NCBI GenBank assembly: GCA_965364865.1
Contig: CBDTZI010000001.1
Coordinates: 1-29,674, forward strand
DNA length: 29,674 bases
Direction: 5' to 3'
Source of the DNA: an uncultured bacterium
Lineage (GTDB): Bacteria > Planctomycetota > Phycisphaerae > UBA1845
The notes under the pieces were generated by a model, which was not told the origin of the DNA, ran no database searches, and saw only the letters and a list, made by a program, of their open reading frames with translations. A program made the translations under genes and the position numbers. Shown piece by piece: positions 9,684 to 17,214 of the stretch. Each line of letters begins with the position of its first letter. Position 1 is the stretch's first letter.

Positions 9684-10560
9684 GCACGACGTACCGCTGG
9701 GCAGACAAACCTGGTTTCGTCTGGGGGGGAATGTGCGCATGGTGTTCAAGCCCGTAGACGAAAAAACACTTTCCGCTTTTATGCAGCGGGCGAAGGATGA
9801 AAATGTCGTCGTCAAGGTTTTAGGCGCTGGCGCTAATGTGTTGATCAGTGACGACGGGTTTGACGGCGCGGTGGTTCGGTTGGACGGCGATAACTTTCGA
9901 CGCGTGAATCAGGTTGGATCGTCCTTTGAAGTCGGAGCGGGTGTCGATTTGATGCCGCTTTCCAAAGAGTGTAGCCAGCGAGGCTACGCGGGTCTGGAAT
10001 GTATGGCTGGGATACCCGCGACCATCGGCGGGGCGATTCGCATGAACGCCGGCGGAAAATTCGGCGACATCAGTCAGGTTGTGCGAGAAATTCGTGTGTT
10101 GCGCAGCGACGGTAAAGTAAACATATTGTCGCACGAGAAAATCGGGTTCGGGTATCGACATACGAATCTGGCTGAACAGATTGTTCTTTTCGCGAAGTTG
10201 GAACTGCAACAAGGTGACCCCGAACAGGTGTACGCTCGTTATGGTGAAATTTTTGATTACAAAATGAGTTCCCAGCCGATGGCAGATAACAGTGCGGGAT
10301 GTATATTCAAAAACCCAACCGATCAATCGGCGGGTGCGTTAATCGATCAGGCGGGATTAAAAGGAGTGTCTGTCGGTAATGCGAGTGTATCGCAGCATCA
10401 CGCAAATTTTATTGTAGCGGGTAAAGACGCCAAAGCGGCGGATGTGATGCAGCTCATTGATCTGGTGCACGACCGCGTGCTCGATCAGCTGGGCACGGAT
10501 TTGAAACTGGAAATTGATGTCTGGAAACCGTGCAAAAAATTAACGACCTCAATCAAATAA
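9649..10560 (+). CDS. murB: UDP-N-acetylenolpyruvoylglucosamine reductase
   Basis: FRLGG, GAGANVL, GIPATIGGAIRMNAG, FGYRHT, SAGCIFKNP and HANFIV motifs. Overlaps the murC 3' end by 35 nt. Confidence 0.95.
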   Translation: MSWWSEFANQIEHDVPLGRQTWFRLGGNVRMVFKPVDEKTLSAFMQRAKDENVVVKVLGAGANVLISDDGFDGAVVRLDGDNFRRVNQVGSSFEVGAGVDLMPLSKECSQRGYAGLECMAGIPATIGGAIRMNAGGKFGDISQVVREIRVLRSDGKVNILSHEKIGFGYRHTNLAEQIVLFAKLELQQGDPEQVYARYGEIFDYKMSSQPMADNSAGCIFKNPTDQSAGALIDQAGLKGVSVGNASVSQHHANFIVAGKDAKAADVMQLIDLVHDRVLDQLGTDLKLEIDVWKPCKKLTTSIK

Positions 10561-10568
10561 AGGTAGAG

Positions 10569-11537
10569 ATGATGACTGTTGCACAAACCAATCTTACGAA
10601 AACGATCTCAAAGCAAAAAAATGTGTTGCCCATGGACATCACCGTATTAGCGGGTGGTCCCGGTGTGGAACGCGAAGTGAGTTTAAAGAGCGGCCAATGT
10701 GTTTACGAATCACTACAAAGACTGGGTCATCGTGTGACACTGTGTGACATCAATCCCGGCGATGTCACTGCGCTGGATTTGCCCGCCGATTTTGTATTCA
10801 TCGCACTGCATGGTGAATTCGGTGAAGATGGCACGGTGCAACAACTGCTCGACGATAAAGGAATTCCGTTTGCCGGTACGGGTGCAGCTGCGTCGCGCCT
10901 GACCATGAACAAAGTGGACACCAAGCAATGTCTGGAAAACGCGGGTCTTAAAACGCCCGCTTATGAAGTGGTGAGCGCCAACAATATATCGAATCTTTCT
11001 TCAACCATGTCGCCACCGGTCGTGGTAAAACCCGTAGCGTCTGGAAGCAGTGTGGATACGAGTATTGAGCATGACATTGATCACATGCTGGCCGCAGTTC
11101 AAAAACTGATCGAAAAGCAGGACACCGCTCTGGTGGAGCAGTATATCAAGGGTCCAGAATTGACGGTCGGAATTTTGGGCGATCAGGCCCTGCCGGTGTG
11201 CGAAATTCGCACCTCGCGAGAGTTTTACGATTATCAGGCCAAGTACATCGACGACGACACGCAATACCTTTTCGATCTGGATTTGCCAGCTGCGTTTTTA
11301 GCACAGATACAGACGATGAGCGTTCAAGCCCATCGTGCGTTGGGCTGTCGCGCTTTTTCACGCGTCGACTGGATGGTCGATGGCGACACCCTCACACCCT
11401 ATATCCTCGAAATCAACACCATTCCGGGCTTTACCAGCCATTCCCTGCTCCCCAAAGCCGCTGGACGCATTGGCATCAACTTCGACCAATTGTGCAATCG
11501 CATTATCGATTTATCCCTCAACTCGCCGAAACAATAG
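10569..11537 (+). CDS. ddl: D-alanine--D-alanine ligase
   Basis: AGGPGVEREVSL, ALHGEFGEDG, GSS, FYDYQAKY, RVDWM and LEINTIPGFTSHSLLP motifs. Start placed at ATG 10569 just after the murB stop (alternatives GTG 10530, ATG 10632). Confidence 0.95.
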   Translation: MMTVAQTNLTKTISKQKNVLPMDITVLAGGPGVEREVSLKSGQCVYESLQRLGHRVTLCDINPGDVTALDLPADFVFIALHGEFGEDGTVQQLLDDKGIPFAGTGAAASRLTMNKVDTKQCLENAGLKTPAYEVVSANNISNLSSTMSPPVVVKPVASGSSVDTSIEHDIDHMLAAVQKLIEKQDTALVEQYIKGPELTVGILGDQALPVCEIRTSREFYDYQAKYIDDDTQYLFDLDLPAAFLAQIQTMSVQAHRALGCRAFSRVDWMVDGDTLTPYILEINTIPGFTSHSLLPKAAGRIGINFDQLCNRIIDLSLNSPKQ

Positions 11538-11578
11538 ATTGGTTGTGATTTGTTTGGATTACACGATGTGGAGGCGAT

Positions 11579-12466
11579 ATGCTCTGGATTTTCAAAAAGC
11601 GAAGTCGACGCAGAAGAAGGGGCGACAAAACGCTATACCGAATCAACGGAATTCCGGTACGGGCGATTTTTGAATGTACCTTCCTTCTCTGTTTTGTGAT
11701 TGGGTTCATTTTTCTGGTGAGCGTGGGTGTGAAACGCCTGGACGCGCATGTCAAACAGGATTTGTTCACCGAGTCACCCGAGGCTACGATTGTCTTTGAT
11801 GACCTTCCGTCCTCGATCGAACTGTTAGCGCTGAACGATCTGTATACTTCGATTGATGATTTGCTGCGCCAGCCCTGGATTCACGAATCGATTTGCGAGG
11901 AAATGGCTCGGCGCCTATCGCAGGTTGGCTGGGTGAATCATTTATATTATGTCCGACGCACAAGTGATGGTCAGTTTCATGTCAGTGCAAGATATCGCGA
12001 ACCCGTAGCCATGATCCAACAGAACGGAATGTTTCTGTTGGTCGATAAAAATACGGTTCGATTACCTGGTGAATATCCCTACGATCCATCCTGGCGTTTG
12101 ATTCAGGGCGTGTTATTCCCGGCTCCGAACTCAGGCACGGCCTGGAGCGGTGAAGATATTAAAGCGGGGTTGGCTGTGTGGTCTCGCATAGGTCGCGAGA
12201 TGTTTGCCATGCACATCACTTCTGTTTCTGTGAAAAATTACGCGGGTCGGTCAAATCCCAGGGCGTCACATATTGAGTTGGTGACGGATCGAGCGGGTGG
12301 GAGAATTCGCTGGGGATCGCCACCGGGCTTTGAGCTGGAAGAAAACACGATGACTCAGAAACTGGCGATTTTGCGTGCCAACTATGCCCAGACCGGCAGA
12401 GCCGATGCCCACCACGATATCATCGATATATCGATCTACAATGATCGTTACACGGTTCCCGGTTAA
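11579..12466 (+). CDS. ftsQ: Cell division protein FtsQ/DivIB-like (bitopic)
   Basis: Basic cytoplasmic N-terminus, one TM segment, then GWVNHLYYVRR...FHVSARYREPVA...LLVD. This resembles the PWV..V.R..P..L.I.V.ER.P.A...LVD pattern at the FtsQ POTRA/beta-domain junction. Canonical position after ddl, with a GGAGG RBS. Confidence 0.7.
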   Translation: MLWIFKKRSRRRRRGDKTLYRINGIPVRAIFECTFLLCFVIGFIFLVSVGVKRLDAHVKQDLFTESPEATIVFDDLPSSIELLALNDLYTSIDDLLRQPWIHESICEEMARRLSQVGWVNHLYYVRRTSDGQFHVSARYREPVAMIQQNGMFLLVDKNTVRLPGEYPYDPSWRLIQGVLFPAPNSGTAWSGEDIKAGLAVWSRIGREMFAMHITSVSVKNYAGRSNPRASHIELVTDRAGGRIRWGSPPGFELEENTMTQKLAILRANYAQTGRADAHHDIIDISIYNDRYTVPG

Positions 12467-12488
12467 GATGAAAAATCTTTATTTTGCG

Positions 12489-12521
12489 GCGAAAAACAGA
12501 TATTTTCGCATATTTTATGCG
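12489..12521. other. Two overlapping inverted repeats downstream of ftsQ (possible weak terminator or operator)
   Basis: GCGAAAA-N7-TTTTCGC (12489-12509) and CGCATA-TTT-TATGCG (12507-12521) share the CGC at 12507-12509. AT-rich context. Confidence 0.3.
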
Positions 12522-12594
12522 GATTGACAGAATATTACAGTCCCCAGAGCGAATATCGTGTAGGATGCATAAATAAGATAACAGAGGCACAACT

Positions 12595-13455
12595 ATGGAA
12601 CCTGCAGTAACAACAGAAAATACGATCATGATGGACTTCCAGGCGATGTTCGGCCAGATGAGGGTCTTCATTGAGCAACACGCACCGGAAAACATTGTCG
12701 ATCAGGTTGTTCCGATGGCGATCGTCTGTCTGATGGCGGGCGTCATACTGTGTGTTCTGGGTGCCAAGATATCTCGCTGGGGTACGGCGGCTGCTTTTGC
12801 TGTGCTCGGCGGCATGGGCGGTGCTTATTTTTCAAAACAAACCGGATACGCCTTTCCGATCTGTGCTGCGGCGGGGGCGTTTACCATCGCAATCGTCGGA
12901 TATGTCACTTTCAGATTATGGGTCGGTGTGTTGGCCGCTCTGGTGTTTTCCTCCGTTGCTTTGGGTGCGTTTGGCTATCACCAGGTCTTACCTCACGTCG
13001 CTGAGTTTGATCAGTTCACGGCACGGCCAATGATCGATGGTCCACTGGGATTCACCCTGCCCACTCCGGTTCAACAAGAGGCTGTCGAAAATCGAACGCC
13101 CAAGGAATGGTTCCAGCAGTTCTGGCAGTTTGTTTCTCATGAAAATGTTCGTGTCGAGCAGAATGCGTGGGCGCTGGGTATCGGTGCGATGGTTATAGGG
13201 CTGTGTCTGGGTGTGATCGCCATGCGACCCGCGCTGATTTTATCGAGTTCGTTGATCGGTACGGCTATGGTGGTTTCCGCGATCGCCACTTTGTGGTCAC
13301 AGCTTCGACCGGGCGCTACTTATCAGACGATAGAGGGTCAACCGGGTTTATTCGGGGTATTGGTTGGTGGGTTTTTAGTGAGTTCCCTGATCGTGCAGAC
13401 GTTGATTACCAGACCTGCCGCTGCGGGTGGTGGTGGCGGCTCCAAATCTCGTTAA
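12595..13455 (+). CDS. Polytopic membrane protein, DUF4203 (TM7S3/TM198)-like, with ~60-aa soluble insertion
   Basis: About 7 Gly-rich hydrophobic segments. L.GAKISRW...F..LGG.GG start pattern and a final SS.IG...VS pattern resemble DUF4203. Recognised by eye only. Confidence 0.5.
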   Translation: MEPAVTTENTIMMDFQAMFGQMRVFIEQHAPENIVDQVVPMAIVCLMAGVILCVLGAKISRWGTAAAFAVLGGMGGAYFSKQTGYAFPICAAAGAFTIAIVGYVTFRLWVGVLAALVFSSVALGAFGYHQVLPHVAEFDQFTARPMIDGPLGFTLPTPVQQEAVENRTPKEWFQQFWQFVSHENVRVEQNAWALGIGAMVIGLCLGVIAMRPALILSSSLIGTAMVVSAIATLWSQLRPGATYQTIEGQPGLFGVLVGGFLVSSLIVQTLITRPAAAGGGGGSKSR

Positions 13456-13512
13456 AGTCTATATTTGATTACTTTTGCAACTCTTCATGTCGGTCGATAT
13501 ACCCTCAGATCA

Positions 13513-14190
13513 ATGTTGGCCTGTGCGCTAGATGAGTTATCTTGCGGTTGGTTAACGGAGTGTCTCTTGGGGCTGATTGTGATTACCTCTCTGCAGGACT
13601 GGACATTTTATTTGCGTGATTCGAGTGCGGGTATCTCCATACCGTTACTCATCTGTGGCGCGGGCCTGATGTTTTTTGGCTGGCGACTTTGGAAGCTATG
13701 TGTCGTGCTCTCCTTTGCATTGATCGGGATGTACATCTCATATTACTACATCAATCCGACCAAAGATCAGATGATTTACGTCTATATGATTGGTGGGGTT
13801 GCGGGTGGCGTCATGTTTTGGCCCGCCAAACATGCCATAGCGGTACTCGGTGGCGTGATTGTTTCCTTGATTGTGATGAGTTCGGTATCCAACCTCGGTT
13901 GTTCAGGATCAATGCTATGGAGCATTGGCGGTGTATCCCTGGTGTGTGGAACGGCTTACGCTTTTCTGAACCGTCAGCATGTTGTGATTATGGTGACCGC
14001 GTTCCTGGGTGCGGTCAGTGTCATCTCCGGAATCACCGCACTGGTGCTCACCTCTCCAGGCTGGCTGGATTTTTTCAGCGATGTTGTGCAACACAAGAGC
14101 CTTGTGATTCCCTTTATATTGCTTGTCCCCACCATGATGAGCTGTTTCTATCAGATGGCAGAGATTAAACGGATGCAGGTAGAACTGTAG
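13513..14190 (+). CDS. Polytopic membrane protein, DUF4203 (TM7S3/TM198)-like
   Basis: GLMFFGWRLWKLCVVLSFALIG, GGVAGG and TAFLGA...SG patterns typical of DUF4203. Start is ATG 13513 or TTG 13465. Confidence 0.55.
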   Translation: MLACALDELSCGWLTECLLGLIVITSLQDWTFYLRDSSAGISIPLLICGAGLMFFGWRLWKLCVVLSFALIGMYISYYYINPTKDQMIYVYMIGGVAGGVMFWPAKHAIAVLGGVIVSLIVMSSVSNLGCSGSMLWSIGGVSLVCGTAYAFLNRQHVVIMVTAFLGAVSVISGITALVLTSPGWLDFFSDVVQHKSLVIPFILLVPTMMSCFYQMAEIKRMQVEL

Positions 14191-14415
14191 ACGGCTGACC
14201 CCGGGTTTCCATACCAAATCATTGTGATCGCGCGAGTTGTACAGCTTTTACATACGATCCCGCTTCAAATTCAAACATTCCCGGCTATGTTAACAGCGGC
14301 AAACTTGCTGTAGCATTTTGAAAACGATAAAATTTAGTCTCATAAGGCCGGTTCATCTCGCAGGCGGTCTAATTATTGGCATACGTTTTTAGTATACAGA
14401 AGAGGGAGATGATTT

Positions 14416-14787
14416 ATGAGTCAGAAATCACTTTATGAGCGACTGGGTGGATATGATGGCATTGCCGCTTTTGCCGACGACCTGCTACCGCGATTACAAG
14501 GCGATTCTATCCTGGGCCGCTTTTGGCAAAATCGCGGTGACGATGGGCTCGTAAGAGAAAAACAATTTCTGATTGATTTTTTGAGCGCCAGCGCCGGTGG
14601 CCCCATGTATTACACCGGTCGGGACATGAAGATAACGCACAAAGGTATGAAAATATCTGAAGAGGACTGGTCCATATTTTTGAATCATGCGGGTGCAACG
14701 TTTGAAGCCTTACAAGTTCCCAAGCAGGAGTGTGACGATGTGGTTGAATTCGTGTTGAGCTTGAAAGATGATATCGTGGAAGCCTAG
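14416..14787 (+). CDS. Group I truncated haemoglobin (2/2 globin, trHbN-like)
   Basis: SLYERLGG, GGP..YTGRDM and proximal His in THKGM. 123 aa, with a GGGAG RBS 7 nt upstream. Confidence 0.9.
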   Translation: MSQKSLYERLGGYDGIAAFADDLLPRLQGDSILGRFWQNRGDDGLVREKQFLIDFLSASAGGPMYYTGRDMKITHKGMKISEEDWSIFLNHAGATFEALQVPKQECDDVVEFVLSLKDDIVEA

Positions 14788-14824
14788 ATCGGAAATCGCG
14801 ATTGTCCATGAAACTCGTTGATTG

Positions 14825-14842
14825 CATGTGATTGATCACATG
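14825..14842. promoter_or_regulatory. Perfect-arm palindrome, candidate operator
   Basis: CATGTGAT-TG-ATCACATG (8-bp arms), ending 17 nt before ATG 14860. Confidence 0.4.
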
Positions 14843-14859
14843 ACTATGGATGTTGAAGA

Positions 14860-15678
14860 ATGCAGGTAGATAACGTAGGTATCAATACGGGTGATTTACG
14901 ACTCGGGGTGAAGGAATCTTTACAGCAGGCATCAACCATGCGGTTTCAAACGGTGGAGTTGCCGACAGTAGAGGGTGAGCTGACCCCGAAAAATCTTTCG
15001 CAAAGCGGAAGACGACACCTGGGTCGCTTGCTGGATCATCATGGTTTACACGCCTCGACGCTGATCGCAGACATGCCCTATCTACACATCACCGACGCGC
15101 AAAGCGTGGACGAACGAATTCAACGCACGAAAGATATTCTAATCCTTGCGCGTGATATGAAAGTGAAAGTGGTCTCCGCTTCGTTTGGAGCGCTTACCCA
15201 TCCCGAAACCTCCGAGCCTTCACCGGTCGCGGTCGAGGCATTGTGCCACATCGGAGAAATCGCAGAATCTTGCGGTGTACATTTTGCGATTCGGCCAACC
15301 TACGACGGCGGCGATCGTCTATTAAACTTGCTGCGTGCGATTCGATGTCCGTCGATCAAAGTCGGGTTGGACCCGGGTGCGATGGTGATGACTGGGGTCA
15401 ATCCACTGGCGTCGATTGAACAATACATCAACGATTTGTCTTTACTTCATGTGCGCGACGGGACGTCTGGCTTACGCGACGCCTCGCAGAGCGAAACACA
15501 GCCCGGGCATGAAACGCCGCTGGGACAGGGTGATGTTGACCTTGTGGGGCTGCTGGAGATTTTACGCGAAGCGGATTATCGAGGCCCCTGCATTATTCGT
15601 CGAACCCAATCACCTCATCCTGCCGACGATATCCAATACGCACGAGACACATTAAAGCGAATGATGCCTGCGTCGTAG
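14860..15678 (+). CDS. Sugar-phosphate isomerase/epimerase family (xylose-isomerase-like TIM barrel), possibly catalytically degenerate
   Basis: F..VEL, LDPG, HVRDG, PLGQGDVD and YRG patterns of the AP_endonuc_2/IolE-like fold. Confidence 0.75.
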   Translation: MQVDNVGINTGDLRLGVKESLQQASTMRFQTVELPTVEGELTPKNLSQSGRRHLGRLLDHHGLHASTLIADMPYLHITDAQSVDERIQRTKDILILARDMKVKVVSASFGALTHPETSEPSPVAVEALCHIGEIAESCGVHFAIRPTYDGGDRLLNLLRAIRCPSIKVGLDPGAMVMTGVNPLASIEQYINDLSLLHVRDGTSGLRDASQSETQPGHETPLGQGDVDLVGLLEILREADYRGPCIIRRTQSPHPADDIQYARDTLKRMMPAS

Positions 15679-15736
15679 TTACGTCTCACCTGTTGATGCC
15701 GTCTCATGAGTGGCTGTTGATAAGACGAGAAATTGC

Positions 15737-17068
15737 ATGCCCAAAATAGTTCTAAAGCGATTGATCGGTGCTCCGACAGCTTTGTTGATCGGGATGGGGG
15801 TGGCGATCGGATCAGGCATTTTTCGTACGCCGGGTGAAGTCGCCAATCACATCCAGACGCCTTCGATGGTGATTCTCATCTGGGTTGTCGCCGGCGTGAT
15901 CGTGCTGATGCAAAGCATGGTGACTGCGGAATTGGCTACGCGTTATCCACACGCGGGAGGTGAATACGTTTACCTGCGCGAAGCGTACGGAGAGTTCGTC
16001 GCGTTTTTTTTCGGATGGGCATATACCATTTTTATTATTGGCGGGGGGGCGGCGACCATTGCGCTGGCGTTTGGCGATTTTGGATGCGATCTTTTTTCGT
16101 TATCACGCAACTGGTCAGGTAGTGTAGCCGCCGGTGCGATCATCACGATTACCCTGGTCAACGCGATCGGTCTTCGCGCAGGTGCCGGTATGCAAAACGC
16201 GATGACCGTGATGAAAATCATAGCGATGATGGTGTTGATCGGTTTTGGTTTGATGTATACCGCCGAAAGCGTTGTTGAATTCGTACCTGTGACTCAAGTC
16301 ATGAAGGGGGGCCTGGTCGTGGCGTTTTTAAGTGCATTGGTTCCGGCGCTTTGGCCATATGAAGGAACGACCGACGCCGCCAAGATGGCCGAGGAAATCA
16401 AGGACGTGCATCGGGCGATCCCGCGGGCGTTAATCGGTTCCACACTGCTGGTGATATTGATTTATATTTTAGTGAATGTGGCTCTGATGAATGTGGTGCC
16501 GCTTCATGAAATGCGCGGGATGGAATCGGTACCGGGCGAAGCGATGGCTCGCATCTTTGGGCCGCAGGGTCGAAGACTGATGTTGATCATTGCGATGGTT
16601 GTGTGTCTGGGGGCGCTGAGTTCGACGGTGTTGGCTACGGTTCGAGTGACGTATGCACTAGCTCGTGATGGTTTGACGTTTCGTGTGCTAGCGAAAATGT
16701 CCAGGTCTCAGTCGCCCGTGCCTGCGTTGATTGTGGTGGCTTGCGTATCGGTGTTTCTGGTGCTGATGCGCAACTTCAGCCAGGTGTTGCAAATTTATTT
16801 CTTCGCCAGTGCGATCTTGTTTGGTTTGTCTTATGCGTCTTTGATTATTTTTCGCAGACGCGAGTCGTCTTTTCCGAAACAGGTGTTCCGCTGTCCGGTC
16901 GGGCCGGTGTTGGCTGTTCTGTTAATTTGTATTCAACTCGCCATCGCGGTGAACATCGCCTACCATCAGCCGAAGGACGTGATGTATACTGTTCTTATGC
17001 TGATCACGCTAGTGTGTTTCTACTTTGTCTGGAAAAGATTTAATAGACACACTAACACTTCCAACTAG
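15737..17068 (+). CDS. APC-family amino acid permease
   Basis: About 12 TM segments. IGSGIF, AELAT.YP.AGGEYVYLREAYG, YEG......AEEIK and R..YALARDG motifs. Start is ATG 15737 or GTG 15710. Confidence 0.9.
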   Translation: MPKIVLKRLIGAPTALLIGMGVAIGSGIFRTPGEVANHIQTPSMVILIWVVAGVIVLMQSMVTAELATRYPHAGGEYVYLREAYGEFVAFFFGWAYTIFIIGGGAATIALAFGDFGCDLFSLSRNWSGSVAAGAIITITLVNAIGLRAGAGMQNAMTVMKIIAMMVLIGFGLMYTAESVVEFVPVTQVMKGGLVVAFLSALVPALWPYEGTTDAAKMAEEIKDVHRAIPRALIGSTLLVILIYILVNVALMNVVPLHEMRGMESVPGEAMARIFGPQGRRLMLIIAMVVCLGALSSTVLATVRVTYALARDGLTFRVLAKMSRSQSPVPALIVVACVSVFLVLMRNFSQVLQIYFFASAILFGLSYASLIIFRRRESSFPKQVFRCPVGPVLAVLLICIQLAIAVNIAYHQPKDVMYTVLMLITLVCFYFVWKRFNRHTNTSN

Positions 17069-17148
17069 TCTTGAAATTTGTTCCCAGCGTAGCGCTGGAG
17101 CCAGAATCGATTCTCTTGCTTAATCGTTATATATATTTATAGTGTGAG

Positions 17149-17174
17149 AAAGGCTTCTCGCCTCAGCCTTTTTT
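17149..17174 (+). terminator. Probable intrinsic terminator between convergent genes (may be bidirectional)
   Basis: AAAGGCT-TCTCGCCTC-AGCCTTT followed by TTT, lying between the permease stop (17068) and the kinase stop (17215). Confidence 0.5.
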
Positions 17175-17214
17175 GATGATCACACATCGGCTGCACCCGC
17201 AGGTTTTATCTGCT

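Noticed and set aside
9820-10326. 168-aa - strand ORF (also 2466-2900 and other short ORFs within dcw genes)
   Set aside because: Fully nested antisense or off-frame within motif-supported mur genes.
11579-11630. Poly-Arg N-terminus of the FtsQ-like protein
   Set aside because: Basic cytoplasmic tails are ordinary for FtsQ/DivIB and bitopic proteins.
12524-12552. Perfect TTGACA as a sigma70 promoter
   Set aside because: No -10-like hexamer at 16-18 nt spacing (GAGCGA at 17 nt).
13689-14168. 159-aa alternative-frame ORF on the same strand
   Set aside because: Overlaps the DUF4203-like gene, whose frame gives a coherent TM pattern. This frame is Arg/Cys/Trp-rich and looks non-coding.
14385-14403. 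Sigma54 promoter upstream of the globin
   Set aside because: TGGCA is present but there is no TTGC/GC at the -12 position.
14827-14840. CRP/FNR site call for the palindrome
   Set aside because: Half-site spacing is TGTGA-N4-TCACA, not N6. Kept only as an unassigned palindrome.
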